This document shows, piece by piece, positions 10,326 to 20,576 of a stretch of DNA of 64,000 nucleotides. The notes beneath the pieces were generated by a model, which had not been told where the DNA came from, did not search any database, and was given only the letters and a program-made list of their open reading frames with translations. The position numbers and the translations under genes are program-made. The stretch comes from Candidatus Bathyarchaeota archaeon (GTDB taxonomy: Archaea > Thermoproteota > Bathyarchaeia > Bathyarchaeales > DTEX01): NCBI GenBank assembly GCA_963714275.1, contig CAVQNT010000001.1, positions 32,001 to 96,000 on the forward strand, written 5' to 3'. The first letter of the stretch is position 1. Each line of letters opens with the position of its first letter.

Positions 10326-10868
10326 ATGAGCAAAGAAGAAGTTGTTTGGATTTTTAGGGACCTTCTACGATGCAGCGGATGCCGAAGATGCGAGCTTGCC
10401 TGTTCACTGCACCACGAGGGAAAAATGTGGCCTGAAGCTTCAAGAATAAGAGTCTTCATGCTTTTCCCCGGAGCTGAAGTGCCCCACCTTTGCAGCCAAT
10501 GCCACGACTACCCATGCGTCGCTTCTTGCCCAGTCAAAGCGCTTTCGGTTGACAAAGACACCATGGCGGTCAGGGTTAACAGAAAAAAATGCATAAGCTG
10601 CGGAAAATGCATAGACGCCTGCCCCGGCAACATTCCCTTCCTTCACCCCGGCGACAACAAGGCAACAATATGCGACCTTTGCGGCGGAGACCCCGAATGC
10701 GTTAAGGTCTGCCGCGAAGCAAGGTTCGACGCGCTTTGGTTGATTAGACAACGGAAAGAGTGGGTTGAAGGAAACTTGAATAGGAAACTTTTCGCCCAGA
10801 AACCTGAGGACCTCACCAAGGACATTGCGGAAAACATCTACGGAGAAAAAGCGAAGGAGCTGGTCTAA
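10326..10868 (+). CDS. 4Fe-4S polyferredoxin subunit (WOR5S/DmsB-like)
   Basis: CSGCRRCELAC, CSQCHDYPCVASCP, CISCGKCIDACP, CDLCGGDPECVKVC; stop directly abuts next ATG. Confidence 0.9.
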   Translation: MSKEEVVWIFRDLLRCSGCRRCELACSLHHEGKMWPEASRIRVFMLFPGAEVPHLCSQCHDYPCVASCPVKALSVDKDTMAVRVNRKKCISCGKCIDACPGNIPFLHPGDNKATICDLCGGDPECVKVCREARFDALWLIRQRKEWVEGNLNRKLFAQKPEDLTKDIAENIYGEKAKELV

Positions 10869-12719
10869 ATGCCGAGAGGATACGCTGGAAAGTTTCTTGA
10901 CATCGACTTGTCGAACGACAAGATCAAGGACATCACGTTCAGCGACGAGGTTCTCAGAAACTATGTTGGAGGAAGAGGACTCGCAGCAAGAATCCTGTGG
11001 GACAGACTTGGCAAAAAATGGCAAAAAGTAGACCCGCTTGGACCTGAAAACCTGTTCATGGCAATGTTGGGTCCGATGACGGCGATTTATCCGGGAGCAC
11101 GGGTTTGCATAACGGGAAAGTCGCCTCAGTGCAATGGCATAATCGGCTCCACGTGTAGCGGCGAGTTTCCTTCAGAACTAAAATGCGCAGGATACGATGG
11201 TGTCATCGTTTCAGGGAAGGCTGAAAAGCCAGTTTACATTCTCGTCACAGACGACAAAGCCGAAATTAGAGACGCCAAAAACGTTTGGGGCACCGAATCT
11301 CCTGACACGATTAGAATAATGAATAAAGAAGTCAGGGAAGAACTCACGAAACGGTTCCCGAAAGTAGGCAAATGGAAAGAACCCGGGATGATATACTGCG
11401 GACCAGCTGGCGAAAACCGTGTGAGAACAGCAGCTGTGCTTCAGAAGATTAGCCACGCTGCGGGGTACGGTGGCTACGGTGCTGTTATGGGTTCAAAAAA
11501 CCTCAAGGCAATCGTGGCTAAGGGAAGAAAGTCGCTTCCTGATGTGGCGAGTCCAGGCGCTGTGAGGCTTCTGTGGAGAGAGGTTGACAAGAGGCTCTGC
11601 AACAGGGAACGTGAATGGCCGACTGTTCATGGAACTGGTTACGGGGGTTACGAAACTGCAGCGTCGAGTAGTTCTGAACCAATTAGGAACTGGCAGGAAG
11701 AATGGCACGATGAGAAAGGGTTCGGTGGACCGAAATTTGATTACAAGTTTTGGGTGAAACGGTTGTGGAGCGACTTCAACTGTGCTGCGTGCTGCATGAA
11801 GCTCGCCGTTATTAAAACTGGACCTTACAAGGGAACCTTCACTGATGACCCTGACTACGAGTTGCAGGCTTACTGTGGACCGAACCTTGGAATCTTCGAC
11901 CCGGGCAAATGTATCTACATGGCGGCGCTTATGGATTACTTGGGTTATTCGGGCATCAATGGACCTAACACTTTTGCCTTCGCTGCGGAGCTCTACCAGA
12001 GAGGCATATTGACGGAGAAAGACATTGGGTTCAAGTTGAAGTGGGGAGACGTTGAAGCCTTCGAGAAGCTGGCAAGAAAAATCGTCAAGCGGGAAGGCAT
12101 CGGCGACGTGCTTGCGGAGGGAACCTACAGGGCGGCTTTGAAGATTTCGAAGATGAAAGGAGTCGACGTAACAAAATACGCGGTGCACGTCAAAGGCGTG
12201 GAGATTGGAGCCCACGGAACCCGAAGCGGACAAGACTATAGACCAATCGGGTACGCTTGTTCGCCTCAGTGCGGAGACCACACTTCCGGAGTTCACGACG
12301 CTTACGACGACATGGGGTCAGTGTTTTACGACTCAGCCGTTGTTTGCAGCTTCGTCATAGACTGGGAGCTCCTCTGGGACTATTACCGCGCAATCACAGG
12401 TTGGGAGACAACCCAAGACGAGTGGAACCGAGTGTTGGGACACAGGATAATGCACATTCAGAGGGCAGCGCTGCTTCTCGGGGGACCTGACATCGTTTGG
12501 GACCCAGCGGTTCACGACGACAACCCGCCGAGATATTATGAACCGTTGCCTTCAGGACCATATAAGGGCAAGACGACCGACAAGAAAGAAGTTGCGAAAC
12601 AAAAGAAACAGTTCTACAAAGCCATCGGATGGGACAAAAACGGCATACCCAAATCAATAGTCCTCAAGAAGCTCGGACTGGACGACGTCGACAAAGAAAT
12701 GGAGAAGCTAAGAAAATAA
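10869..12719 (+). CDS. Tungsten aldehyde:ferredoxin oxidoreductase family catalytic subunit (WOR5-like)
   Basis: YVGGRGLAARIL, ELKCAGYDG, GPAGEN, GYGAVMGSKNLKAI, DPDYELQAY, LAEG, HVKG.EIGAHG. Confidence 0.9.
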   Translation: MPRGYAGKFLDIDLSNDKIKDITFSDEVLRNYVGGRGLAARILWDRLGKKWQKVDPLGPENLFMAMLGPMTAIYPGARVCITGKSPQCNGIIGSTCSGEFPSELKCAGYDGVIVSGKAEKPVYILVTDDKAEIRDAKNVWGTESPDTIRIMNKEVREELTKRFPKVGKWKEPGMIYCGPAGENRVRTAAVLQKISHAAGYGGYGAVMGSKNLKAIVAKGRKSLPDVASPGAVRLLWREVDKRLCNREREWPTVHGTGYGGYETAASSSSEPIRNWQEEWHDEKGFGGPKFDYKFWVKRLWSDFNCAACCMKLAVIKTGPYKGTFTDDPDYELQAYCGPNLGIFDPGKCIYMAALMDYLGYSGINGPNTFAFAAELYQRGILTEKDIGFKLKWGDVEAFEKLARKIVKREGIGDVLAEGTYRAALKISKMKGVDVTKYAVHVKGVEIGAHGTRSGQDYRPIGYACSPQCGDHTSGVHDAYDDMGSVFYDSAVVCSFVIDWELLWDYYRAITGWETTQDEWNRVLGHRIMHIQRAALLLGGPDIVWDPAVHDDNPPRYYEPLPSGPYKGKTTDKKEVAKQKKQFYKAIGWDKNGIPKSIVLKKLGLDDVDKEMEKLRK

Positions 12720-12745
12720 ACTCCTCCCTTTTCCTTTTTTTAATA
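12720..12745 (+). terminator. Pyrimidine/T-rich archaeal terminator candidate
   Basis: CTCCTCCCTTTTCCTTTTTTT immediately after the stop codon. Confidence 0.45.
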
Positions 12746-12792
12746 GGGATTCTTTATTGGGAAGATAGGATAAACCATCATTCGAAAAGTGG

Positions 12793-13077
12793 TTGATCGT
12801 GAAGGTTAAGGTCAAAGCGTTGGGGCACCTTGCAGCCAGTCTGGGAAACGAAAAAATTGTTAAACTTGCAGATAGAGAGACAATAGAAGACTTGCTGTCT
12901 ATACTCAAAGAAAAAACAGCAACCGTACAAAAGGAAGCCCTATTCCGATTTGACCGCACCGAACCAGAACTCACAATACTCCTCAACGGACAAAACATCC
13001 AAACCCTTGATGGACTGAAAACCACCCTAAAAGACGGAGACTTAATTCTTCTGCTGCCAGCAGTACACGGCGGATAA
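12793..13077 (+). CDS. MoaD/ThiS family ubiquitin-like sulfur carrier (SAMP)
   Basis: ILLNGQNI..LDGL.TTLKDGD..LLLPAVHGG, C-terminal diglycine. Confidence 0.88.
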   Translation: MIVKVKVKALGHLAASLGNEKIVKLADRETIEDLLSILKEKTATVQKEALFRFDRTEPELTILLNGQNIQTLDGLKTTLKDGDLILLLPAVHGG

Positions 13078-13242
13078 ATCCACCTTTATCTATTGTTGTT
13101 TTGATTCGTAAATGAGCAAAAAATTCTTTGTGGTTTCATTTCAGAAAATAGTAACTTAATACATGAAAGCAGGGTTTATTGAAGACATAAACTTGTAGTG
13201 AGGCAGTCAAACTTTTTTGGTATAGCAGAATTGTGTGTTTTC

Positions 13243-13289
13243 GCCAAAAGCTTTATTAGTTCGCTATTTATCAAATTATATTTGACAAA
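13243..13289 (+). promoter_or_regulatory. BRE/TATA promoter with downstream palindromic operator candidate for the ArsR-like regulator
   Basis: CCAAAAG-CTTTATTA followed by TTTaTCAAAT-tat-ATTTGAcAAA (13267-13289). Confidence 0.55.
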
Positions 13290-13311
13290 AAACTAATTTA
13301 ATTCAACGTAA

Positions 13312-13959
13312 ATGGATTTGAGTTCTATGTTCGGTAAAAAAGACGATGAGGAAATCAAAAATCTTAGAGAACAAGTGGAAAAGCTTAAAGAACAAATAAA
13401 TGGGCTTTCTAAGCAGCTCGAACCCAAAAAAGAAGAACAACCAGAAAAGGTTGAGGAACTGAAAAAGGAGCAGCCTACCCAGTCAAGTGATGCCGCTTGG
13501 AAATTCGACGCTTTCGGCGACAGACTCGGCGAGTACATTGGCGGCTTAGTTGAAGGCGTCATGGACAACGTGATGAAGGACCTTGACCGCTCCTTAGGCG
13601 GATATTCCAATTTTAAATTTAAACCCGAATTCAAATTTAACCCCGAAAAACCTGCAGAAAAGGAAGCCTTAAAGGTTAATCCTAAAGCTGCGGCGGATTT
13701 GATGAACGCCCTTGGGCACGAAAACAGAGTCACGATTCTCGGTGAACTGGTTTCTGGCGGACATTATGCGAGTGAGCTTCAGGAAAAAATTCCAAACATA
13801 GGAGCCAGCACGCTTTCAAGCCACTTGGACGTTCTCGAGAAGGCTGGGCTTGTTGTTCAGGAGAAGGCTCGAGGACGGTACCTGATCACGATGCCTGGAA
13901 GGCTTGCATACCAGATGGCGAACGAAATAGCGAAGCAGGTTGAACAAAACTCACTTTAA
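13312..13959 (+). CDS. ArsR-family winged-helix regulator with N-terminal coiled-coil
   Basis: MNALGHENRVTIL..L...STLSSHLDVLEKAGLV.QEKARGRYLIT..G. Confidence 0.8.
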   Translation: MDLSSMFGKKDDEEIKNLREQVEKLKEQINGLSKQLEPKKEEQPEKVEELKKEQPTQSSDAAWKFDAFGDRLGEYIGGLVEGVMDNVMKDLDRSLGGYSNFKFKPEFKFNPEKPAEKEALKVNPKAAADLMNALGHENRVTILGELVSGGHYASELQEKIPNIGASTLSSHLDVLEKAGLVVQEKARGRYLITMPGRLAYQMANEIAKQVEQNSL

Positions 13960-14085
13960 CTCACTGAACTCTTAAGCCCTTTCGTGAAGTGAACCATTTA
14001 TCTGGTCACTTTTTAACAGAACAGTTAATTCAAGTGACCATACGTATGTTTTTGTAAAAGCGTACCCGATCAGCAGTGAACCATT

Positions 14086-15054
14086 ATGGAAGCCCCCGTC
14101 ATCTGCGAAGACCTAGTTAAGGTGTACAACGGCAAAAAAAAGGTCACGGCACTCAACCACCTAAGCTTGGACGTTAAAGAAGGCGAGGTTTTCGGGCTGC
14201 TTGGACCAAACGGGGCGGGAAAGACGACTCTTGTCAGGATTTTAACAACGCTTCTGAAGGCAACTGGGGGTCATGCGGAAGTCGGAGGCTTCGACGTTGA
14301 CAAGCAAGAGAATAAGGTGCGACAAATCATCGGCTACGCAGGCCAAGATTCGGAACGGTCCGCTTACTGGAGGCTGAGCGTCCGAGAGAACCTTTTGTAT
14401 TTCGCCTACGCGTTGAGGGACGTGCCCTACAAAGTCGCCAAGGAAAGGACTGAAGAAATTGCTGCAGGCGTTGGGTTCACGGACCGTTTGGACAGGCACT
14501 TCATCGCGTTGTCTGGGGGCGAGAAGCAGCTCGTCATCGTCATGAGGGCTATCATCCACAACCCGCAGGTGTGCTTCCTCGACGAGCCTTCCAAGAGCCT
14601 TGACCCGATGACTGGGCGCCGAGCTCGGACTTACCTCAAAAAGTACGCTCAGGACCACGGGATGACCCTCGTGATTACGACGCACAACATGCTTGAGGCT
14701 GAAGAGGTCTGCGACAGGCTGGCGCTCATAGACCATGGGACGGTGAAGTTCATAGGCACATCCTCCGAGTTTAAGAAACGGGTCACAGTAAAAGAGACGT
14801 TGGAGATTGGCGTTAATAATCTCAGCCAAGAGTTGGAGTCTAACCTTCTGGCGTTGCCTGGTGTAAGGAGCATGTCCCGCAGTCCAAGTGTGAGGTTGCA
14901 CTGCGACGACGCCTTCAGCATTCTGTCCGACGTTGTGGATTTGCTTAAACATTCAGGTCTAAAAGTTCCAGTGCGGATGGTTGAGCCTTCCCTTGAGGAC
15001 GCGTTTGCGTTTTTCGTTGAGAATGGTGAGGACGAGGTGAAAACAGGTGCCTAG
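14086..15054 (+). CDS. ABC exporter ATP-binding protein (DrrA-like)
   Basis: Walker A GPNGAGKTT, LSGGEKQ, FLDEP, TTHNM. Confidence 0.92.
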   Translation: MEAPVICEDLVKVYNGKKKVTALNHLSLDVKEGEVFGLLGPNGAGKTTLVRILTTLLKATGGHAEVGGFDVDKQENKVRQIIGYAGQDSERSAYWRLSVRENLLYFAYALRDVPYKVAKERTEEIAAGVGFTDRLDRHFIALSGGEKQLVIVMRAIIHNPQVCFLDEPSKSLDPMTGRRARTYLKKYAQDHGMTLVITTHNMLEAEEVCDRLALIDHGTVKFIGTSSEFKKRVTVKETLEIGVNNLSQELESNLLALPGVRSMSRSPSVRLHCDDAFSILSDVVDLLKHSGLKVPVRMVEPSLEDAFAFFVENGEDEVKTGA

Positions 15055-15858
15055 CGCGGTTAAACTGTTTTACATGTCGGTTTGGCGGAACCTTTTAACC
15101 ATGACACGTTACAAGGCGAACTTCATTTTTGAGATGCTGGGAAGCGTCCTGTTCGGATTCGGCATGCTTATTTTGGCTATGGCATTTGACACTAACATGC
15201 TTGGCAACTTGGTGGGCTCAACGAACTATGTGGCCTTCATCATCCTCGGCATTAGCTTCCAAAGTTGGCAGAATACGGCTCTTTGGGGTTCAGCAGGCAT
15301 GTTCCAAGGTGAACTTAGCTCAGGCCAAATTGACTACACGTTTAGCTGCCCATTTTCGAGGTACTGGTACATCGCAAGCAACATAGCTGCCTCAGCGTTG
15401 CAGTCCACAATATTCTTTGCTCCCATGTTCTGCGTTGCATTGTATTTCACCAGCTCAACCTTGACTCCACTCGGGCTTTTCCTAGGGTTAACAGCAACCA
15501 TGGTCTCCGTGGCTGCAGTGGCACAATTAGGCGCCATATTCGCCAGTTTGGTCTTAAAGTTCAGGCAGACCACAGCAATCTTTAGCTTCTTCAACTTCGC
15601 CTTTCAGATGCTCACAGGCATGTTTGTTCCGTTCCAGCTGACTTCCGGTACCGTTGCAGATTGTGGGGTACTCCTTGCCCTTAACATTCGGTATGGACTT
15701 GTTGAGATACTACGTGATGGAAACAAGACCGATCATGCCCGTTACATACGAATGGGCGGGACTATTCCTGCAGCTAGTAATCTTCGCCGTGATTGCTAAG
15801 CTTAACAGTCCTCTACCTTGAAAAATCAGCCAAAGAGCAAGGACTACACTACCTCTAA
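15047..15858 (+). CDS. ABC-2 type permease (frameshifts ~15640 and ~15803)
   Basis: Multi-TM; C-terminus continues in other frames LPVPLQIVGYSLPLTFGMDLLR...LEKSAKEQGLHYL*. Confidence 0.8.
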
Positions 15859-16139
15859 GGCACTAATATTGCCATGTCTTAAAGCACCGCAAGTAGAGAT
15901 GGCTTATGACGGCTTAAAAGAAAAGAGAATTATCCAGATAGCCAATTTTTACTGTCCTTCTAAGGAATCTCCATTGATTATAAAGCCACGGTTTTTTAAA
16001 ATTTTTAGGTGTTATTTTTTTATGTCTTTTCCACTACCATGAAGACCTACTTTCTTCCGCAACATCTAGCTGGATGACTACCTAATCCCAATAACCTATA
16101 TCTTGTTATTCACTCTCATTTCTTTAAGGAATTATCAAA

Positions 16140-16944
16140 TTGCAGCTCAATCTTAAAGACAAGATCGCCATCGTGACTGGTGGAGCATCAGGCGTAGGTA
16201 GAGGAATAGACTATGGGTCTTGCAGAAGAGCTTGCACATGTAGTCATTGCAGACATAAATGTCGAGAAGGCTTCGAAAGTAAAAGATGAGATAGGGGAGA
16301 AGTTCCCCGAAGCCACTTGTATTGCTCTTGAAGTAGACGTCACTTGCGAGAAGAGCGTCAAACATCTAGTCCGGGAGACAGTTGACAGGTTCGGTTCGGT
16401 TCACATACTTGTGAACAATGTGGGCGTGGCAATCCCCCACTTTATTCAGGATGTCACAGAAAAAGACTTCAAGACAACCATGGATGTGAACGTAAAGGGG
16501 GCAGTTCATTGCGTAAAAGCGGTCTCTCCGTATATGAAACGTCAAAGATATGGGAGAATCATCAACATCAGCTCAATGTCAGGTGTTGTAGGTAGCGCCG
16601 GACTATCTGTTTATTCTATGAGCAAGTTTGCCTTAAGAGGGCTTACCCATGCGTTGGGACGTGAACTGGGACGATTCGGGATCACCGTGAACGCAATAGC
16701 GCCAACCGATATATACGAAACGGGGAGCTGGAGTCAAAACCCAAGCCTCTACGAGATCTCTATTAAGAAGGAGGGAGTGAGGTCGCCTGAAGAATTGATA
16801 AAGAGGAGAATTGGCAAGATTCCAGTCAGAAGAGCATGCACAATTGAGGACGTGGCAAACTTGGTGGTTTTCTTAAGTTCTGAGAGAGTAGACTTCATCA
16901 ATTGCCAGACGATTCTGCTCAACGGAGGTTTGATGCCAACTTGA
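16140..16944 (+). CDS. SDR oxidoreductase, sorbitol-6-phosphate dehydrogenase-like (frameshift ~16210)
   Basis: Upstream frame LKDKIAIVTGGASGVGRG joins ORF 16213-16944; NNVG, SSMSG, YSMSKF. Confidence 0.75.
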
Positions 16945-17053
16945 GGGAGTGTTTACTTTGTACAAACGGCAATCAAGGCTGAACCTTAAACCCGGTGATA
17001 TCTATAAAGAAAAAAATAGGAAAACAAGAGTTGAAGGCGTCGCTGTAGGCGGC

Positions 17054-18505
17054 ATGAATGCTCTCGTCTATTATGGCGTCGGCAACTTCAGAGTGGTAGA
17101 TGACCGACCTATCTTCTACACACCAAACGATCTTGTCGTCAAGGTCAGCATGATTCATCGTTGCGGAACAGAAGTCAGATACTACTACGAAGGAAACAGT
17201 AAAACAGATAATATTCTATTGAGTGAACTAGGCGATCTTACAAACCTCAAAGGATCCTTTGATCAATCAAACCTAGGAGAATATGTGCGCTTTCTCAAAA
17301 CAGACGAGGCAAACAGGCAAGTTGAAGATGAACTCTACAGGAACTTAGTGAGGCATTGGGGAACCCTGACCAAAGAACAAAGAGTTCATTTTGCTGGCAG
17401 CCTTTTCAGGGAGTGGGGCAGGGTCGTTGGTCATGAGATGGTTGGAACAATTGAAAAAGTCGGTTCGAATGTTAAGAATTTAACCAAACCTTTAGGATAC
17501 ACAAGCACTTGGCTTCGTCGTCTGCCTAGAGAGTATCTTGACTTCAAGGAAGGTGAAAGAGTTATTCTTCAGACAAGGTGCGCTCGATACAGGGATCCTC
17601 CCGAGTTTCTGCAAAAAGAAAATGTTGCTGGTGTCCAGCTTCTTGGAATGGACATCGAGGACGTTTCTAGAACACTTGACGGTGGGTTTGCGCAGTACGT
17701 GCGAATTACGCCTGAGCTGATCCGAAGTGGATGCGTCACAAGGGTGCCAAATGGAATAAGCGACACGGAAGCTGCCTTAGTCGAGCCTACGGCCTGTCTT
17801 GTTGATTGCCTTGACCTTTCTGTTCATCCGGAAGGTCAGAGCGAGAACGGCAATATAATGAAGAAGGGAGTGCGAAGAGGAGGCGTGACTGTTATAATGG
17901 GTTCAGGAGCAATGGCATTTATTGCAGCTGAAGTGGCATTAACAGTTGATGAACAGATGCAGGTAGGTGGTGCATCTAAGGTAATCATGTTCGTCAGAAG
18001 CGAGGAGAAAGCCATGCTTGCCGAGAAACTCTTTGGCGGAAGATTCGCGGGTATGATTGAATTCTTCGTTTACGATTCGAATCTGTCTCATGAAGAGAAC
18101 GCGAGACGATTCAGAAGGCAATATAGCAAATTATCCGCTATTGATGATGTTTTCATCGCTGCAGGCGATGCCAGTGCGGTTGAGTTAGCGCATAGAATCG
18201 TTTCTGGCACAGGTTGGAGAATCCATGCGTTCGCTGGAACCAAGGGTAATATCAGAGTGGAGAGCGGAATCTGGCATTATAGTAATTCTGGAACCCAAGG
18301 TTTAAGCGGGTGTAACACCAGAGCTATGGAGAATGTTTTGAGAATGATTGAAAGAGGCACCATTGAACTAGCAAAGTTCTCGGGGAACAGATACAGCTTC
18401 AAGGATCTTGAGGAGGACCCCAGCAATTTCTTCAAAGATAAGCATCTGCGACCCGCGTTGCTGCCGAATGACGGATTATCGGAAGTTGAGTGGAGAGAAA
18501 AATAG
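17054..18505 (+). CDS. Zinc-binding medium-chain dehydrogenase, L-sorbose-1-phosphate reductase-like, with large insertion
   Basis: IHRCGTE...VVGHEMVGTIEKVG, DGGFAQY, AALVEPTACL, IMGSGAMA, FAGT...WHY. Confidence 0.7.
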   Translation: MNALVYYGVGNFRVVDDRPIFYTPNDLVVKVSMIHRCGTEVRYYYEGNSKTDNILLSELGDLTNLKGSFDQSNLGEYVRFLKTDEANRQVEDELYRNLVRHWGTLTKEQRVHFAGSLFREWGRVVGHEMVGTIEKVGSNVKNLTKPLGYTSTWLRRLPREYLDFKEGERVILQTRCARYRDPPEFLQKENVAGVQLLGMDIEDVSRTLDGGFAQYVRITPELIRSGCVTRVPNGISDTEAALVEPTACLVDCLDLSVHPEGQSENGNIMKKGVRRGGVTVIMGSGAMAFIAAEVALTVDEQMQVGGASKVIMFVRSEEKAMLAEKLFGGRFAGMIEFFVYDSNLSHEENARRFRRQYSKLSAIDDVFIAAGDASAVELAHRIVSGTGWRIHAFAGTKGNIRVESGIWHYSNSGTQGLSGCNTRAMENVLRMIERGTIELAKFSGNRYSFKDLEEDPSNFFKDKHLRPALLPNDGLSEVEWREK

Positions 18506-18569
18506 GAAACGTGACCAGAATCCGTCAGGAGTCTTAGCTGAGGTCGAAGCATGGAGTCGTTCGACAGCA

Positions 18570-18800
18570 GAGACGCCAATTCGAGTGCGCTTCCTCTGGT
18601 CTCGAAATAGTTATCGATCAGATTTTTAACTTCCTCTCTCACAAGTCTCTGGGCAAAAGGAACATCCTTGGCATTTAGCTCCTTCTTATACTTCTGGCGA
18701 ATTGCAGTTTCAATATTGATCTTTGTTGCGCCGTTCCTGATCTCGGCTTTTATGTTCCCCTTATTTATCTCGGAGTTAGCTAAAACCAGCATATGAGATA
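18570..18800 (-). pseudogene. C-terminal remnant of class II fructose/tagatose-bisphosphate aldolase
   Basis: LVL....I....IKAEIRNGATKINIETAIRQ...VREEVKNLI..YFETRGSA resembles the FBA class II C-terminus; N-terminal part absent. Confidence 0.55.
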
Positions 18801-18825
18801 TGTCAGGTAAACTTTTTTACTAACT

Positions 18826-19731
18826 TTACAATTTAGGCTTTGCGTTCTCCAAGAACTTATCTACTTCTTTACGAGTGGGAATTCCAGCTCTACCTCCGAT
18901 TCTCCTGCATTTCATCGCAGCCACGGCGTTAGAGAACTCAGCGATCTTTCTCAAATCCCAATTCTGTAGAATCCCGTAGATGAACGCTCCGTGAAATACA
19001 TCCCCACTTCCCGTAGTGTCTACCACGTTAACCTCAAAGGCTGGTTGCATAAATGCGTCTCCTTTTGATCTGCATAAACATCCCTTCTCCCCGAGTGTGA
19101 ATACAACAGTCTCAGGTCCAAAGGAACTAATGTTCTCTGCTGCCTCAAAATAGTCGTCGCTTGAAGCGAAATTCTTAGCGAAGACTTCTGAGCCTATCGC
19201 TACATCTGCTGATCTCACCAATCTCTGTAGTCGAGAATCGATTGTATCGATATCCAATACAACCATCTTGCCTGCCTTTTTAAACCATCCAGCCGCCACT
19301 AAAGCCGCTTCAGGTTCGTGCTGATCTACGTGAAGTATTTTCGCTGAGAGCATGAACTCTTCGTCCATTTCGTCGGGAAACAAGGGTTTCATTCGTTTGT
19401 GCCACAATATAGTCCTCTTACCGGTTTCTTTGTCGACGATGGAGAATGCGAAGATTGATGAACCGCCTTTCTCGACTACTATATGGCTGGTATCCACATT
19501 TTCTTTCTTGAATTCATTGACTATGAACCTACCCAGCTCGTCATCCCCGATCTTCCCGACAAATGAGGTCCTAATTCCTAGCCTAGAAAGAGTCACCAAG
19601 GCTGTTGCCGCTTCGCCTCCTCCTTGACGGTGAATCTCCAGCATCCTTAATCTCTCATCCAATGCTGGATAATAAGGAACTATCCCTAAGGAGTCACAAG
19701 CAGAAGCCCCCAGCCCGATAACATCGAACAT
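18826..19731 (-). CDS. PfkB family carbohydrate kinase
   Basis: GGGEAATA, VGKIGDDELG, VVDTTGSGDVFHGAF. Confidence 0.92.
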   Translation of the reverse strand: MFDVIGLGASACDSLGIVPYYPALDERLRMLEIHRQGGGEAATALVTLSRLGIRTSFVGKIGDDELGRFIVNEFKKENVDTSHIVVEKGGSSIFAFSIVDKETGKRTILWHKRMKPLFPDEMDEEFMLSAKILHVDQHEPEAALVAAGWFKKAGKMVVLDIDTIDSRLQRLVRSADVAIGSEVFAKNFASSDDYFEAAENISSFGPETVVFTLGEKGCLCRSKGDAFMQPAFEVNVVDTTGSGDVFHGAFIYGILQNWDLRKIAEFSNAVAAMKCRRIGGRAGIPTRKEVDKFLENAKPKL

Positions 19732-19919
19732 TTTTTCTCGCCACCTACAATCTTGTCTACAAAGTTTTGAGCTTCATTATGTTACTTGTGAAGCTGCTAT
19801 ACCGAAACTTCCAAGCACGTAATATGTTTTATGCTTTGCTGACTGACTCTTAAAACCTTGTGAATTCACTCTTTCTGGCTAGCTAGTTTGGGGATAGATG
19901 CAGTGTAACTTTCTTCTGT

Positions 19920-20100
19920 TAGCGATGGAGGCTCTTAACTGCCAGATACGAGAGGTTTCAGCTGAGGCTAAGAGTTTGGTTAGGGAGAGTGAGGACGCTA
20001 TGTTGTTGACTTCTATTCATGGTGTCGGACACTACAACGCGCTGTTGTTCATTGCTGAAATTGGTGACGTGAACAAGTTTCTGACTCTGATAAGCTCTGC
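19920..20100 (+). mobile_element. IS110-family transposase fragment (degenerate)
   Basis: LNCQIREVSAE...LLTSIHGVGHYNALLFIAEIGDVNKF resembles the Transposase_20 helix-hairpin region. Confidence 0.7.
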
Positions 20101-20129
20101 TTCTATCGAGACTGGTTCTTTCTATTGGT

Positions 20130-20388
20130 TGACTGTAAAACAGGCTTTTCTCCATACCGGCTGGCTGACTTGTCTTGCCCCAGGCTTGCCATGAGTGATC
20201 TGCGGCATCATTAAGATAATACAATTGGGAGAGACCAGGAGGATAGTCCTCTTTAAAACTGCGGTTTTTGACATCTCTGCCCATATACTGCTGATATTAT
20301 TGTCAATGAACTCCATGAAGTTGCCATATATTAGAGGCGAAATTGTGTCCTCACAAAGAGGTTTCGAACTATTCTTAATCTGAACCAT
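20130..20388 (-). pseudogene. N-terminal remnant of GH51 alpha-L-arabinofuranosidase-like gene
   Basis: ISPLIYGNFMEF...IWAEM, then frame change to KNRSF. Confidence 0.6.
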
Positions 20389-20576
20389 TTTCAAATCAGC
20401 AAAACAGGATAAATGCTTAGCCCGTTTAATAGGGATCCACCCCAAATCTTAACTTCAAAAACATCTGCACAAAACGCTGACAGAAAGACAATAACACCAT
20501 GTAACATATTGCAGATCACTTGTATGACCCTTCGAAACTGATAAATATCAGATATTAGACTTGAGCATGAAACAAA

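Noticed and set aside
10440-14952. Long antisense ORFs (10440-11024, 11493-12296, 14242-14952) and similar shadows elsewhere
   Set aside because: Lie opposite well-supported genes and carry no motifs
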